Source: Salpingoeca rosetta (taxonomy: Eukaryota > Protista > Choanoflagellata). Taken from it: 64,000 nucleotides of DNA. The DNA lies in assembly GCA_033442325.1 (NCBI GenBank), contig JAWQFM010000006.1:761006-825005 (forward strand), read 5' to 3'. The translations under genes were made by a program, and so were the position numbers. The notes below the pieces were generated by a model. That model ran no database searches, was not told the DNA's origin, and was given only the letters and a program-made list of their open reading frames with translations. Every line of letters begins with the position of its first letter. The first letter of the stretch is position 1. Positions 18,261 to 42,068 of this stretch are shown here, piece by piece.

Positions 18261-20836
18261 GTGTTTGTGTGGTGTGTTTGTGTGTTGTGTTTGTTGTGTT
18301 GTGTGTGTTTGCGTGTGTGTTTGCGTGTGTGTGTGTGTGTGTGTGTGCGTTGTTTGTGTGTGTGTGTGTGTGTGTTGTGTTTGTGAAAGTAGCAAAAGCG
18401 CACACAAGCCCCTCCCCTCATCACCGGCCTTGCCTTGCCTTGTTTTGTTTGTTGTTTGTTGTTTGTTGTGTGTTGGTGTTGTTGTTGTTGCAGGCTGATG
18501 TCAAGGAGTTCCGCTCAGAGCACGACGACACTGTCATTGGCACTGTGACCGTGCGCCAGGCCTACGGCGGCATGCGCGGCATCAAGGGCCTCGTCACAGA
18601 GACCTCCGTCCTCGACCCCGAGGAGGGTATCCGCTACCGCGGCTACACCCTGCCCGAGCTGCAGGAGCTCCTGCCCAAGGCCGACGGCGGCGAGGAGCCC
18701 CTCCCCGAGGGTGCCCTGTGGCTCCTCCTCACCGGCGAGATTCCCACCGTGGATCAGGTCCGCGCCGTGTCCCGCGAGCTTGCCGCCCGCGCCGACCTCC
18801 CCAGCCACGTCGCCGACATGATTGCCAAGTTCCCTTCCACCATGCACCCCATGACCCAGTTTGTGTCTGCCATTGCAGCCCTGCAGACCGAGTCTGAGTT
18901 TGCCAAGGCCTACGCCGCCAAGTCCGTCTCCAAGAAGCAGTTCTGGGAGCTCTTCTACGAGGACAGCATGAACCTCATTGCCAAGCTCCCCGTCGTCGCC
19001 GCTTCCATCTACAAGAACACATACGGTGACGGCAACGTCGCCTGCATCGACCCCGAGCTTGACTGTAAGTTCCCCACAATGCGTGCCACTGGCATGTCGG
19101 TCTGTGTGTGTGTGTACGTTCGTTTGTCTGTGCTTGTACTTGTGCTTTCCGTACACATGCTTGTGCTTGAGCATGTTGGTGAGCACATGCTGTTGCTTCC
19201 TTGCGTGGCGTGCACCCAGTGCGGTGTGGCACGTTGAATGGTGCATGCGAAGCGACTGTGAGAGCAACGTGTTGGACTTTGAGAACACCCGGTTGAAGCT
19301 TTCGAGGCTCCACTCACCTTCCACACCCCGCCTCGCGTTGTTTGTCGTTCTCAGGGTCTGCCAACTTCTGCAACATGATGGGTTACACCAACAAGGACTT
19401 CACCGAGCTGATGCGCCTCTACCTCACCATCCACGCCGGTGCGTTTGCTCATGTGCCACGCTCAACCCAACCCAACCAACAGCATTAACGGCGCACAGAC
19501 ATGATCACCACCCACCCCAACAACAACCTGTGACTGTCTTGCTTCGCGCCTCGCTGCTAGGTTTTCGCGTTGTGTATACGCACTCTTGTTGCTCGCTGCT
19601 TGTACTCACGGAATCCTCCCTCCCCCTCCCCATCTCTCTCACTCTCTCACACACACACTCTCTCTCTTTCTTCCCTCCCTTCCACCTGCTTGTTTTGTCA
19701 TCGTATCATATCGTTCCATTGCGCACAGATCACGAGGGTGGCAACGTGTCCGCCCACGCCACGCACCTTGTTGGCTCTGCGCTGTCGGATCCCTACCTCT
19801 CCTTTGCCGCGGGCATGTCTGGCCTTGCTGGTCCCCTGCACGGTCTTGCCAACCAGGAGGTTCTCCAGTGGCTCACAGAGGTGCAGAAGGAGGTTGGCGA
19901 GGACTTCACTGACGAGCAGCTCAAGGACTTTGTCTGGAACACCCTCAAGTCTGGCAACGTTGTCCCCGGCTACGGCCATGCCGTCCTTCGCAAGACCGAC
20001 CCCCGCTACACCTGCCAGCGCGAGTTTGCCCTCAAGGTTCGCGACATTGTGGGGCGGGATGCTCTGTATGCCCAAAATTGTGATTGTGCTCGTGCTTGTG
20101 CTTGAGGTTGTAATTGTGCTCGTGATTGTGATTGTACTCGTGCTCGTGCTCGTGATTGTGATTGTACTCATGGTTGTGATTGTGGTTGTGATTGTACTCA
20201 TGGTTGTGATTGTACTCGTGGTTGTCGTGGTGGTGCTTGGGCCCCGCCCCGCTCCACATTGTGCTCCGCAACCATTGTCTCATCTGTGCCGATTGCTTTC
20301 CCCTGCGCGCTCGTTTCCTTGACAGCACCTTGGTGATGACAAGCTGTTCCGCCTTGTGAGCAAGCTGTACGAGATTGTGCCCGACATTCTTCTTGAGCAG
20401 GGCAAGGCCGCCAACCCCTGGCCCAACGTCGATGCCCACAGCGGTGTCCTTCTCCGCCACTACGGTTTCAACGAGCAGAACTTCTACACTGTCCTCTTTG
20501 GCGTCTCCCGCGCCCTTGGCGTCCTTCCTTCCCTCGTCTGGGACCGCGCGCTCGGTGCGTAAATGTGTAGTGTGTTCTTGCCGTGTGTGTTTGTGTGTGA
20601 GTGTGTGAGTGTGTGAATGTATGCATGTGTCTGTGTGCATGCACGTTTGTTCGTGCAATCTGCTGCCGACGATTGCCTTGGTTTCCACGCAACATGTATG
20701 TCTCCATCATACGCGCCTTTCTCGTCCTCACAAAACGCACACGCACATGCACGCGCACACGCACACAGGCCTCCCTATTGAGCGCCCCAAGTCCATGAGC
20801 ACCAAGGCGCTCAAGGAGTTTGTTGCCAAGCTGTAA
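18081..20836 (+). CDS. CS: Mitochondrial citrate synthase; exons 18081-18197, 18494-19064, 19355-19438, 19729-20036, 20326-20554, 20769-20836
   Basis: R/S/A-rich presequence [20 protein letters not shown]; [27 protein letters not shown]; [10 protein letters not shown]; [12 protein letters not shown]; [16 protein letters not shown]; [10 protein letters not shown]; [10 protein letters not shown]. Confidence 0.98.
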
Positions 20837-21131
20837 TCGTCCCCCCCCCCCACTGTTGTCGTTGTCGTTGTTGTGATTGTCCCTTTTGTGCCTTTGTTGG
20901 TGCTTTCCCTCCCTCTCCACCATGATCTCGTCTCTCCTCCCCTCCCCTCCCTTGCCTTCTCTGTTCCCACCCTTGTCACGATGTCATTCATGTCGTCAAT
21001 CTAGAGCCTTCCTTCCCGCGCATCCATCCATCCATCCATACAATGCGCGAAAGCGCAGACCCGTGCTTCAAGCAGCGTGACACCACGGTTGTTGTCGCTG
21101 GCAATGCCCATTCCACGGCAATCTCCTGTCA

Positions 21132-21214
<83 letters not shown>

Positions 21215-21221
21215 TGAACAG

Positions 21222-31228
<10,007 letters not shown>

Positions 31229-31483
31229 NNNNNNNNNNNNNNNNNNNNNNNNNNNNNNNNNNNNNNNNNNNNNNNNNNNNNNNNNNNNNNNNNNNNNNNN
31301 NNNNNNNNNNNNNNNNNNNNNNNNNNNNGGAGGCGTCGGCGTCTGGGGGCAGGGGCTTTGCGTGCTGGTGCGCCCAGTCTCATGTGTTTGTGAGTAGGAG
31401 AGTACTCTCTGAGCGCCGTGCGTTCAAGTCCCCAGGCAAACCAAACACAGAAACAGATCCACACAGACACAGCACACAGCACT

Positions 31484-31541
<58 letters not shown>

Positions 31542-32167
31542 CACATACACACACACTCTTCTAATTACGTTTGCGTGTCGTGTCGTGCTTTTGTTCCACA
31601 GGTGTGGGTGCTGTGAGGAGATAATTTACGAATATCTTTCATGATCCTTCGCTCAAGTAAACCTCTGAGAACGCACATTGATTGGAATCATTCGTAAAAC
31701 TTCCCCGATGGATTGAGCGAAAGTGTTCGCATGATTTTCAGAGATTGTCGACTCGCAGGGCACACACACCACGTACCTCGCTCGCACAGCAAACACACAC
31801 GAAGGCAGTTTCGCCTTCTTCTTCGCGTTCTCTGCATCTCCTCTCTCGTGTGTCTGCAGTTGCTGCTTGTTGTTTTCTGCCGTGCCCACCAGCCAGTTCA
31901 CCAGCCAGTTCACCACCCGAGCACCCCGACCGAGAGCCAGCTTCCAGCCCTTCTTCGTGTGACCTGTGCCCTCAGCAAAGAAATACACCCTCCCCCACTG
32001 TCACAGCTCAATTGCTCTTGTTGCATCTCAGCGAGAGCAGCCACATCAGCAAAACAGAACAAAACGAAGTTCCCTGATCAGCTGCTGATCTCTGCCGACT
32101 GCTTGCCTGCGCGTGTTCCGTTTCCCTGCATCGGAAATCACACCCAGCTGCCAACCAACCGCCAACA

Positions 32168-33319
32168 ATGGACAAGTCTGGAGACCCAAAGCCCCGTCGC
32201 TCCTCTGCGTACGTTCAACACAGCCCCGGTTCACTTGTTTTTTGGCTGCATTGTGCTTGCTGCCTTGCCTCGATTGTGGCGTGGCACAAGACTGGCGGCC
32301 GTGCGCAGCTAGCTGCGCTTGCATATTGCATGTAACTGCCCACCGTGTATTCCTCAACGCGTGCGGTCCAGTGGCGACAAGTGGCAACAAGCTTTAAAAA
32401 CACCAGCAAGCGCCATCTCATGCATTCTCCCAGATCAACCCCACTCACGCCATGCCTGCTTGGACCATTATTGCTGCTGCTTGTGTTGTCCACGTGGTTC
32501 CTTGTGTTGTGTGCTGGTGATGTGGTTGTGTGGCGTTTGTGTAGCCGCGACACGTTGTCCACGAGCCGCCACGACGCTGCTCGGCCCAACCCTTACCGCT
32601 ACAGCCGCAAGACCATCCTTGAGCTGTTCAACCCTTCTGTCCCTGCTCCCGACGGCCTTGACGACTGTGGCGAGCTGTACTCCAAGCAGGTTTCCAAGCC
32701 GCTCGGTCTGACCGACTGGACGGACGCCGAGGTACGCCATCTCGCCCTGTGCTTGTGCATGTGTACGTGTGCCTGCGCGCGTGCGCGCATCTCAATTGTG
32801 GAACCGCTGGCGGGTTTGGTGTCGTTGCGCGGGTGCACTGCAACACGCGTGGAAGCTCAACGACCACTGCTCACGTTTCTGTTCATCACTGTCGTTTTCA
32901 GCTGGAGGTTCGCCGCGAGGGTCCGCCACCTGCTGCCCGTCGTGAACCAGCGCGTTCTGGTGAGTTATGGCCTAGCTTCACACGCACGCACGCACGCACG
33001 CATGCCCTTTATTTTGATTGTTGGTTCATGTTTGTGTTACTTCGTTGTCACTGGTCCTGAAACCCCCCCCCCCTCCCCGCAAGCACCCATTCCCTGACCG
33101 CGTGTTGTGCTTGCTGTGTTTGTGTGCTTTTACCCTTGTGGCACTTGCTGCTGTCGTTGTGTCGCATGCAACAACAGATGTGCATAACCCGCGCGTCCCC
33201 GCTGGCCGTGGTGGCCGTGGCTTCTTCTCCCGCACCAGCGACCGGTATAGCTGCTTCTGTTCACACAGCCGCGCATGCTTGCGGTCGTTGCTGCCCTGAC
33301 CAACTGCCTTCACAAACAA

Positions 33320-33406
<87 letters not shown>

Positions 33407-36400
33407 CACAATCGAAACAGTTAATGTGATGGTTTGCTCATCTCATGTTCACCTTTGTTTGCTGCGCTCGCCCTCCCCCCCCAAAACAAAACCACGCGTT
33501 TTCAGCCTGCCAAACCGCGGCCGAGGCCATGCTCCCGAAGGCCACTACGTCCGCGTCGACTTTGGCGGAGCACCCAGCAGCCCCAAGTCGTATGGCAACC
33601 GCCCCCGCGTTCCCCGTGGCCGCCGCCCCATATCGGAGGTGCGTGCCAGTGTAGAAGACGTTGACCCACGGGCCCACGCAGTGCTTGGCTACTACCCCCG
33701 CCCTCCTCCCCTTGAGCTCCTTGTTGGCTCGTCTGACACGATGTGAATGTGTTTTGTGTTGTTGCAGGCGCACGCCTTCCAGCGCAACTGGCGCCGCTCG
33801 GATACGGACGAGCCTGCTGCCCCTTCCCGCGGCAATGGTGGTGCGTTGCTGCTGATGACGTTCTGATTGCTGATCTGCCAGCAGTGATGACGCTGGCATG
33901 CCTCCGCTCACAACCCATGTGTTTCATGCTCGCCCGCATCCGGCACAATGCACAGGTCGCCAGGACACGGCCTGGGAGGAGCCAAACGACGCCGATCCTT
34001 TCACCTTCTCTGGTGGCCGCAGGTGCGTTCTTTTATGCGTGTGTGTGCGTGCGTGCGTGCGCGAGTGTGTGCGTGTGTGTGTGTGTGTGTGCGTGCGTGC
34101 GTGTGTGTGTGTGTGCGTGTGTGTGCGTGCGTGCGTGCGCGAGTGTGTGCATGTTTCTGCCCGTCAGCGCCCGTCAGCGCATCTGTCCCATCTGTCTTGG
34201 CAGTGAAATCTGTACGGCAACTGCGCCTGGCGCTCGTGTCACTCACACCCCCATGCTACCGCCACACCACCTCTGCATCACCCACCTCCTTGCTTTCGGC
34301 TTGATCCACCATCAGAAGCCGCCACAACTCGACCAAGGAACCTCCCGCCCCACCTGGACTTGACACCGACACCGCCGCTGCCCCCACCATGCCCAAATGG
34401 AACTACATTGACAAGAAAGGCATCAGCCAAGGCCCCTTTGAGAGCAACTCCATGCACCACTGGCTTTCCAACAACTTCTTCAAGGACGACCTCCCCGTGA
34501 AGCGTGCCTCGGACTCTGGTTTTGTCACCCTCAAGCAAGTGTTTGAGTACCTGAAGCAGCGCAACATCCCAGCTGACCACCTCTTTGCCAAGCCCCTGCC
34601 CACCGATTTCGACGACTTTATGGCCACCGCTACCGCCAGCAGCACGGAGCCCTCCGCCGATACGACCGCCAACGCCACCGCCGCCCCCGCAGCCGCTGCA
34701 GCGGCCGTCCAGCAACAGCAACAGCACCAGCAACAACAGCAGCAGCAGCCAGTGCAAGCCGAGCAGCATTCCCTTCCATCTACGCCCCTTCGCTCTGAAG
34801 CCCCACTCCAAGTGTCCCAACCGCCAGCAGCCCAGCAGCAGCAGATGCCCCAGTCTCCAATGCAGCAGCATGTGCCGAGCGCGCAGCAGTACTTTGCACC
34901 CGCACAGGATCGCCAGCACCCGCAGCACCATCAGCAGCAGCAGCAGGCCCACGGTATGTACCAGCAAGGTGCCGCCATGTCCCCACACGCCCAGAGCATG
35001 CACCCGTCCTCCCAAGCGCAGCAGCCACCCAACGTGTGGCAGCAGCAGCAGCAGCGCACCTCGTCCTTTGGTTCTGTGAGTGAAATGCCTGGCCAGAGCG
35101 CGGTCGGAACGTTGCAGATGGGGTCACCATCTTCACACGTTGAGGCGCCCTCCTCCCCCAGCGCCTATCCGAACGCTCCCTACCACCAGCAGCACACCCC
35201 TTCGCACCAGGACTACCGCGCACACCAATACGCCCAGCAGCAGCAGCAGCAGCAGCAGCCCCAACAATATGCCCCACAACACCAGCACCAGCAGGCCATG
35301 TATCAGCAGCAGCAGCAGGTACACCACCAGCCGGCCTCCGCTGCATCCTCAGCGACCCACCCCATGCTGATGACGTCGCAAGCGACAGAAGGCCCCGTCC
35401 ACGCCCCTCAGCACGGCACCGATCTGCTGGCGCACTTGCGCGCCGGTTCCAACGCCCCTTCCGCTCCGGTTCAGCCCCAGCAGCAGCATCAACAGCATCG
35501 TCAGGTGTCCCAGCAGTTCCAGCAGTCGCCTCAGCAGGCCCCTGCTTACCAGCATGAAGACCAGCGTGCAGCCATGCTTGCACAACAACAGCAGCAACAG
35601 CAGCGCCAGCGCCAGGCCTCTGTTGGCTCTGGTCCAGGGACGCCTGCTGCTGTGGGCAGCTTTGACCTGCCAGCGGACGCAAACCAGTGGTCGCTGGAGA
35701 CAGTGACGCAGCGCATTGGCGTTGTGCGCACCGCCCACAAGCAGCTGCACAGCGAGGCGGCAGCGCTGGCAGAGACCATGAGCGGCTTGATGGCCGAGCA
35801 CAAGGCGATCCAGCAGCAGCAGGCGCAGGCGCCGCCCGAGCTTGCCGCGCGGCTGCACCAGGTGCTTGAGACGGTGACTGCCCGCGCGGAGGAGGTGGGC
35901 CAGCGCTACCGCCAGCTGCAGGAGAGCGACATCCAGATGCAGCAGCATCATGCCCAGCTGCTTGCGCTGCAGCATTCGATTGCCGCCAAGCACGCACAGC
36001 AGCAGCAGCAGCAACAGCAGCAACAACAACAACAGCAGCAGCAACAGCATCATCAGGTGGCTCCAACACAGGTTCAGCAACCTGCTGCTCAACAGCAGCA
36101 GCAAGCGCTGCCGCAGCAGCAGGGCGGGGCTAGTCGCACTTCCACCAGCAGGGCACCCTTGCCGCGCATTGAATCGCTGGCACTTAACGACCAGGTCGCG
36201 CCTGCAGCCACAGACGGCGACGACCACGACGACGTGTTTGTGGATGACAGCGGCAAGCAGTCGCAGGGTGCGTGGGGCGAGGTTCCCGTGCACCACGACG
36301 GCGACAACTGGGACATTGAGGGTGTCACCGAGACGCAGTGGGACGACAGCCAGCAGGCATCCAAGGAAGCTGACAAGAAGGCACAGCCGAAGAAGGCGGC

Positions 36401-36923
36401 GCCTGCTCCCACAGCGGCCGCGTCGTCAGCGAGCGGCAAGCCGTCTGCGTGGGGCCGCAACGCGCGTCGCAGTGGCTCTGCGGCAGCGGCTGCAGACACC
36501 AGCAACCCGACCGCGCCCACAACAGCAGCACCCGTAGCAGCGCCTCCCACGGCGGCGAAGAGCACACACCAGCCGTCGCTGTCTGAGATTGAGGCCGAGC
36601 AGGCGCGCATTGCCAAGGAGCAGGAGGAGGAGCGCAAGCGCATCGAGGAGAACCAGATGCGTCTCATGATGACGGTGACTCAGGCCAAGAGCCGCGGTGC
36701 CGCCACCACAGCTGCGTCCAACGGCGGTGCGACGAGCGGTGCTTGGACGCAGCCGTCTGCGTGGGGCTCTCAGAGCAAGGCTGCACCGACCCTGAGGGAC
36801 ATTGAGCGTCAGGAACAAATGGTGCGCGCCACATTGCTGCGCCACTTTTTGTTGTGCTGTAGTCCTCGTTGTTGTCCTGGCACAACCGAACCATGCGAGC
36901 GTCACTCACCCTCACCGCGTTGG

Positions 36924-36986
<63 letters not shown>

Positions 36987-37908
36987 CACGTACCACTTTG
37001 GTGTCTTTGCTTGCTTCCCCCCCCCCGAATGTGTAGAGGCAGAAGCAAATCAAGAAGAAGCAGCAGCAGCGCATGCAAAGCGCGGCAGTTCCTCCCGCTG
37101 CCAAGGGCAAGTCGTGGCTCCAGGTATGTGCACGCGTGTGTGTGTGTATGCGTGTGTGTGCATGTTTTATTTATCGCCCGTGTGACGCCTTGTCTTGTTG
37201 AGTTGTGTTTTCTTGTTGTGCGGGAGGCGCCGCTTGTTGCTGACGTTGTTCAACCCTTTTCTTGTCATGTTCAGGCTGTTGGCGCAGACCCAGCCCCGCC
37301 ACCAGTGCAGAAGGTTTGTTGTTACCCGCTCGTCATGTGTGTTGATACGTGCGGATGCGTGTGTGAGTGTAGCCTTTGCATGGACTCAGTATTGTTTCTA
37401 GGATCTTGCCATCCTCTTCCATGACTCACGTGCCGTCTCATTACATCTCCAGGGTCGGTCGTTGCTGGACATCGAGGCTGAGGAGCGCACGCGTACTGTG
37501 CAACGAAAGCCCGCAGCCACTGCCACCGCCAAGGTTGCCGCCAAGGCGCCCGTGCCGTGGTCCGCAGGCGCCAAGGGCAACCAGGCATCCGCACCCCAGG
37601 CGAGGCACCAGCACCAGCAGCATAGGCCTGCGCAACGGCACGCTGACGAAGATGACTCCTTCTGGGGCTCTGTCACCGCCCGCGCACCCCCGTCATCGTG
37701 CGTTTCCTGTGTGTATGTGTGTGTATGTGCTTGTGACTTGTGTTTATGTGTGCGTGTGTGTGTATGTGGGGATATTTCGTTCTTGCTGTGTACATCTTTG
37801 CCTTACTAACCCTCACAACACCTTGTAACTTTGTACCACCACCGTCACAGGTCTGCAAAGACGGTGTCCAAGCCTTCATCTGCCATCGCCGCTCGGTGAG
37901 TGTTTGAG

Positions 37909-37977
<69 letters not shown>

Positions 37978-38566
37978 CATGAAGTGTGCGTATGACACTG
38001 GACATCTCACACAGGCGTGCGTTGACGCTCTCGCATCCCCTTTCCACTTGCCCCCTCTCACCCATGTGCTCATCCTGATTGTTTGTTTGTTTTTGCCTCC
38101 ACCCGTGTTGCATCTGAGCAGCAAGACCCCTGTCAAGGCGAGCAAGAGCAAGGGCAAGGGCAAGGGCGGCAAGAACGCTGCCAAGGAGGTGCCGATTCGC
38201 AAGGAATTTATGGGCTGGTGCAAAAAGGAGATTGGCGCGCTGACGAGCGACGTGGATGCGGAGACGCTTGTGAAGGTGCTGCTTGAGATTCCACAGCCGG
38301 AGGACGTGATTGACTTTGTCACGGAGCAGCTGGGCGAGCGCGCCCGCAAGTTCTCCAAGGCGTTCCTGCAGAAGCGCGCGACGGCGTTTGAGGGCGACGC
38401 GGGACAGGTGTTGCCGACGGTGGATGATGACTCGTGGCAGCCGTCCAAGTCCACGAAGACCAAGAAGAAGCGGCGGTTCAAGAAGGTTTCCGGCCCAGAC
38501 CTGCTCACCTTCAACGTCGCCCCAGGGTCAAGCCTCAACCGCGGTGGCCGCGACTTTGCAAAGTGA
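32168..38566 (+). CDS. GIGYF: GIGYF1/2 (PERQ/Smy2) family GYF-domain protein
   Basis: [14 protein letters not shown]|RDT... splices in frame; 4EHP-binding-type motif [12 protein letters not shown] followed by [11 protein letters not shown]; GYF domain [37 protein letters not shown] (~34395-34535); poly-Q; C-terminal [10 protein letters not shown]...[13 protein letters not shown]...FSKAFLQKR...KKKRRFKKV; stop at 38564-38566. Confidence 0.88.
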
Positions 38567-38872
38567 TGCGTGTGCTCGCCGCCGTGGCACCGCCATGTGC
38601 CTTGGTTGAATGGAATGACACTGGTGGGAAGTTCATGGGGAGGTGGCGTTGTGATTTGACAGCAAGAAGGCAAGGGGTACTGGATTCAGCTCACCACCCA
38701 CCAGTGGTGGACTGTGTGTATCGTGATGGTCATTGTTCTTCGCCCTCTACAGTGCGTGGCGTTGAGTTGAAAGCCCCTTGTTCTTGAGCTGTGTTCTCCC
38801 ATGCGCCTCTCGCTCGCTTCCCGCTTCATGTGCGTGTATGTGTATGTGTTGCGATGTGATGTGAAGATACGT

Positions 38873-38918
<46 letters not shown>

Positions 38919-39277
38919 TTTGATCAATTACACTTGCGAACCAGCAATAGGGAGCAGCAGGTGGCTGAGAAGCAAGCAGGCAAGGGCGACCACGCCGACA
39001 ACGAATGATGCACCAGCAGCACACCAGTGCCGTCAGAAACGGAGAGCGAGTAAGAAGAATGCTTGTACAGGGCACAGCACACAGTGCGCTGGCAGCACTC
39101 GACGTGATTCGAGCGCAGCGCGTCAAAGGAAGGCGGTAACACAACGGACAGCGCAGGAGCAAGCGGGATGCTGTGGTAGCAACAACATGTGACACCAGCG
39201 GCCGCAACAGCAGCTGGCACGGGCAATGGCAACAGAGGCGCACAGCAAAACGCCACATGTGATGTGTCACATTCACG

Positions 39278-39824
39278 TCACTGGTTGTTGTGGTGTTGAA
39301 GGTGGGAGATGAGAGCCTGTGCATCGAGGAGCTCTTTCCTGCATGTGAGATACTGCTGCTTGATAAAGTCAAGCTCTGCATGCACCAGGTTGAGTTCAGT
39401 CCTCAGCCGGTGATTCTGACAACGTGCGGATGTGAGTGAGTGAGTGAGTGAGTGAGTGAGTGAGTGAGTGAGTGAGTGAGTGAGTGAGTGAGTGAGTGCT
39501 CGACGAGTGTCAATTGGGTCAGAACCAACACGACCAAGGACGATAGCAGCTCCACCATCCTGCATATGCCAGCCACCAACCTCTGCTTGGGTGGCGGCGC
39601 TTGCATACAGCCCGCCCACGCGAGGGCTTGCCGGTGATGGTGATGCTGGTACAGACGAGTTCACGCTCTTGTGGCCCAGTTTTGGGGCAGCCATCCCAAT
39701 GCCATTGCCGTTCGTCGGTGTGGCAGAGGGCGCTGTTGTCGCTACGTGTGATGTATTTGCCAAGCGCGAACGAACACGCTCCTGCTCTTGCTGTTGCCTT
39801 TGTTCTTGCTGTTGCCTTTGTTGC

Positions 39825-39864
<40 letters not shown>

Positions 39865-40826
39865 GCTCATGCCCATTAGCATCGCAGTTAGGACGCGGTG
39901 TCCGCTTGCCCATCTTTGCTGCTTGCACTTTCCGGCCCGTGTCCTGCTGCGTGCGTGTCTGCGATGTGTTGGCTCCGTGGGCAGCCGCCTTTGGGGTTCG
40001 CGTGCGCGCGCGTGACGCCTGTTTTGTGTCACGCGAGCGAGTGTGTAGAGCAACAACGACAATGTGAGAAGGCAGAGAAGATGAGGTGAGCAAAACCTCC
40101 CAGTAGTTCATTTTGACAAATCTACGCACGTGTGCGCGCATGCGCATGTGCACGTGCCTGCAGGGGGAGAGTAGTGTTCGCATACCTTTGGTGTTTTTGG
40201 AATAGAGCGACTGTGCGCCACGCCATTAGACAAGACGGGCAGCCATCCCAATGCCATTGCCGTTCGTCGGTGTGGCAGAGGGCGCTGTTGTCGCTACGTG
40301 TGATGTATTTGCCAAGCGCGAACGAACACGCTCCTGCTCTTGCTGTTGCCTTTGTTCTTGCTGTTGCCTTTGTTGCTGTGTTGTTGTGTTGTTGTTGTTG
40401 TTGTTGTTGTTGTTGCTCATGCCCATTAGCATCGCAGTTAGGACGCGGTGTCCGCTTGCCCATCTTTGCTGCTTGCACTTTCCGGCCCGTGTCCTGCTGC
40501 GTGCGTGTCTGCGATGTGTTGGCTCCGTGGGCAGCCGCCTTTGGGGTTCGCGTGCGCGCGCGTGACGCCTGTTTTGTGTCACGCGAGCGAGTGTGTAGAG
40601 CAACAACGACAATGTGAGAAGGCAGAGAAGATGAGGTGAGCAAAACCTCCCAGTAGTTCATTTTGACAAATCTACGCACGTGTGCGCGCATGCGCATGTG
40701 CACGTGCCTGCAGGGGGAGAGTAGTGTTCGCATACCTTTGGTGTTTTGGGATAGAGCGACTGTGCGCTGGTGTGCGGAAACAGGCGGAGAAGCCAGTCAT
40801 GCAAGCTGCGGCCCTCAAGCGTAAAC

Positions 40827-40898
<72 letters not shown>

Positions 40899-42034
40899 GG
40901 CAGTGAAGGAAGGAGTCAGAGTAGCGGCATGAAGAGAGTGAAGACAGCGGAGAGGAAGGCAAGGCAGCTGTCCCCGTTTTGCGAGAGCGCAGGCCATGTG
41001 GCTCGTGTGTCACAAAACAAGCAGTCGCAAGACTTGCGGGCGGGCAAGCACTTACCAGGCGATGAAACACTTCTCGCCCCGACTGGGTGCTGGTTTTCAA
41101 GTACTTGAGCTTGAACTTTTCTCCAATTTCCTCTCCAAACACAGAAGCCGCTGCATCGCATCTGCAGAGTCAAGTGTGAACATGACAGGGCAAAAGTGCT
41201 GGCTTAGCTTGGTGCTCAACGAACCTTAGCACGCTGTGAAACCACGCCACAACACCACCATGCACGCGGGGAGCATGCGCAGCCTTGGTCACAGGTACTG
41301 GAGTGTGGGCAGCAAACCAGCCAAGCTCAACAAGAGCATCCATCTCACAACCACAACTGACGCTTTGTCGAAGAGTTGATCTCCAACACGCAGGAGTACG
41401 CCGTCTTGTGTGGGCGGCAGCACTATGGCTTGAAGCTTGTGTCCCTCTACTTCCATGGTACATCTGGCCCCTTGTTGCGGCAAGTGGCCGTCAGCAAACA
41501 AGAGCCTAGGTGGTGGTGGTGGTGTGTGTTTGTTTGCGTGTGTGCATGCGTGTGCGCGTATGTTTGAGTGTGTATATGCGTGTGAGTGAGTGAGGGAGGG
41601 AGGGAGGGAGGGGGGAGCGTTTGTGTGGCGGAGGCTTGCTAAGAGAGAGCGCAGCAGCAGCAAGAGAAGATTTTGAGGGTCATGGTCAGTAGAGACAGCA
41701 AAGGCATTGTCCATGTATGCATGCTGCCACAGGACAACAAGCACTCAATGCGCCCCAAAACAGCCATACTTGAGGCGCTCCAGCGTGCCCTCTGGTGGCG
41801 CGTGTCCATATGTGGCGATGTCTTCCGTGTCTGTGTGTTGTGTTGCAACCAGCCAGAGTGAGCAGAAATCGAAACAGTGTGCCTTGGTGGTCGTGTTGTA
41901 TGGTGTTGCCGTGTCAACGATGCAAACAAACAGCAATACATTCAGCCATGGGCACACACAGACACAACACAGACACACACACGCAACACACACACACACA
42001 CAAACACACGCAGAAACACACGCAGAAACACACA

Positions 42035-42068
<34 letters not shown>

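Noticed and set aside
31365-31440. B-box-like GTTCAAGTCC suggesting a tRNA or SINE
   Set aside because: The T-stem does not pair, no cloverleaf is evident, and it lies next to a gap.
38872-39192. Poly-Met-initiated ORF
   Set aside because: (ATG)n microsatellite in the region between convergent 3' ends.
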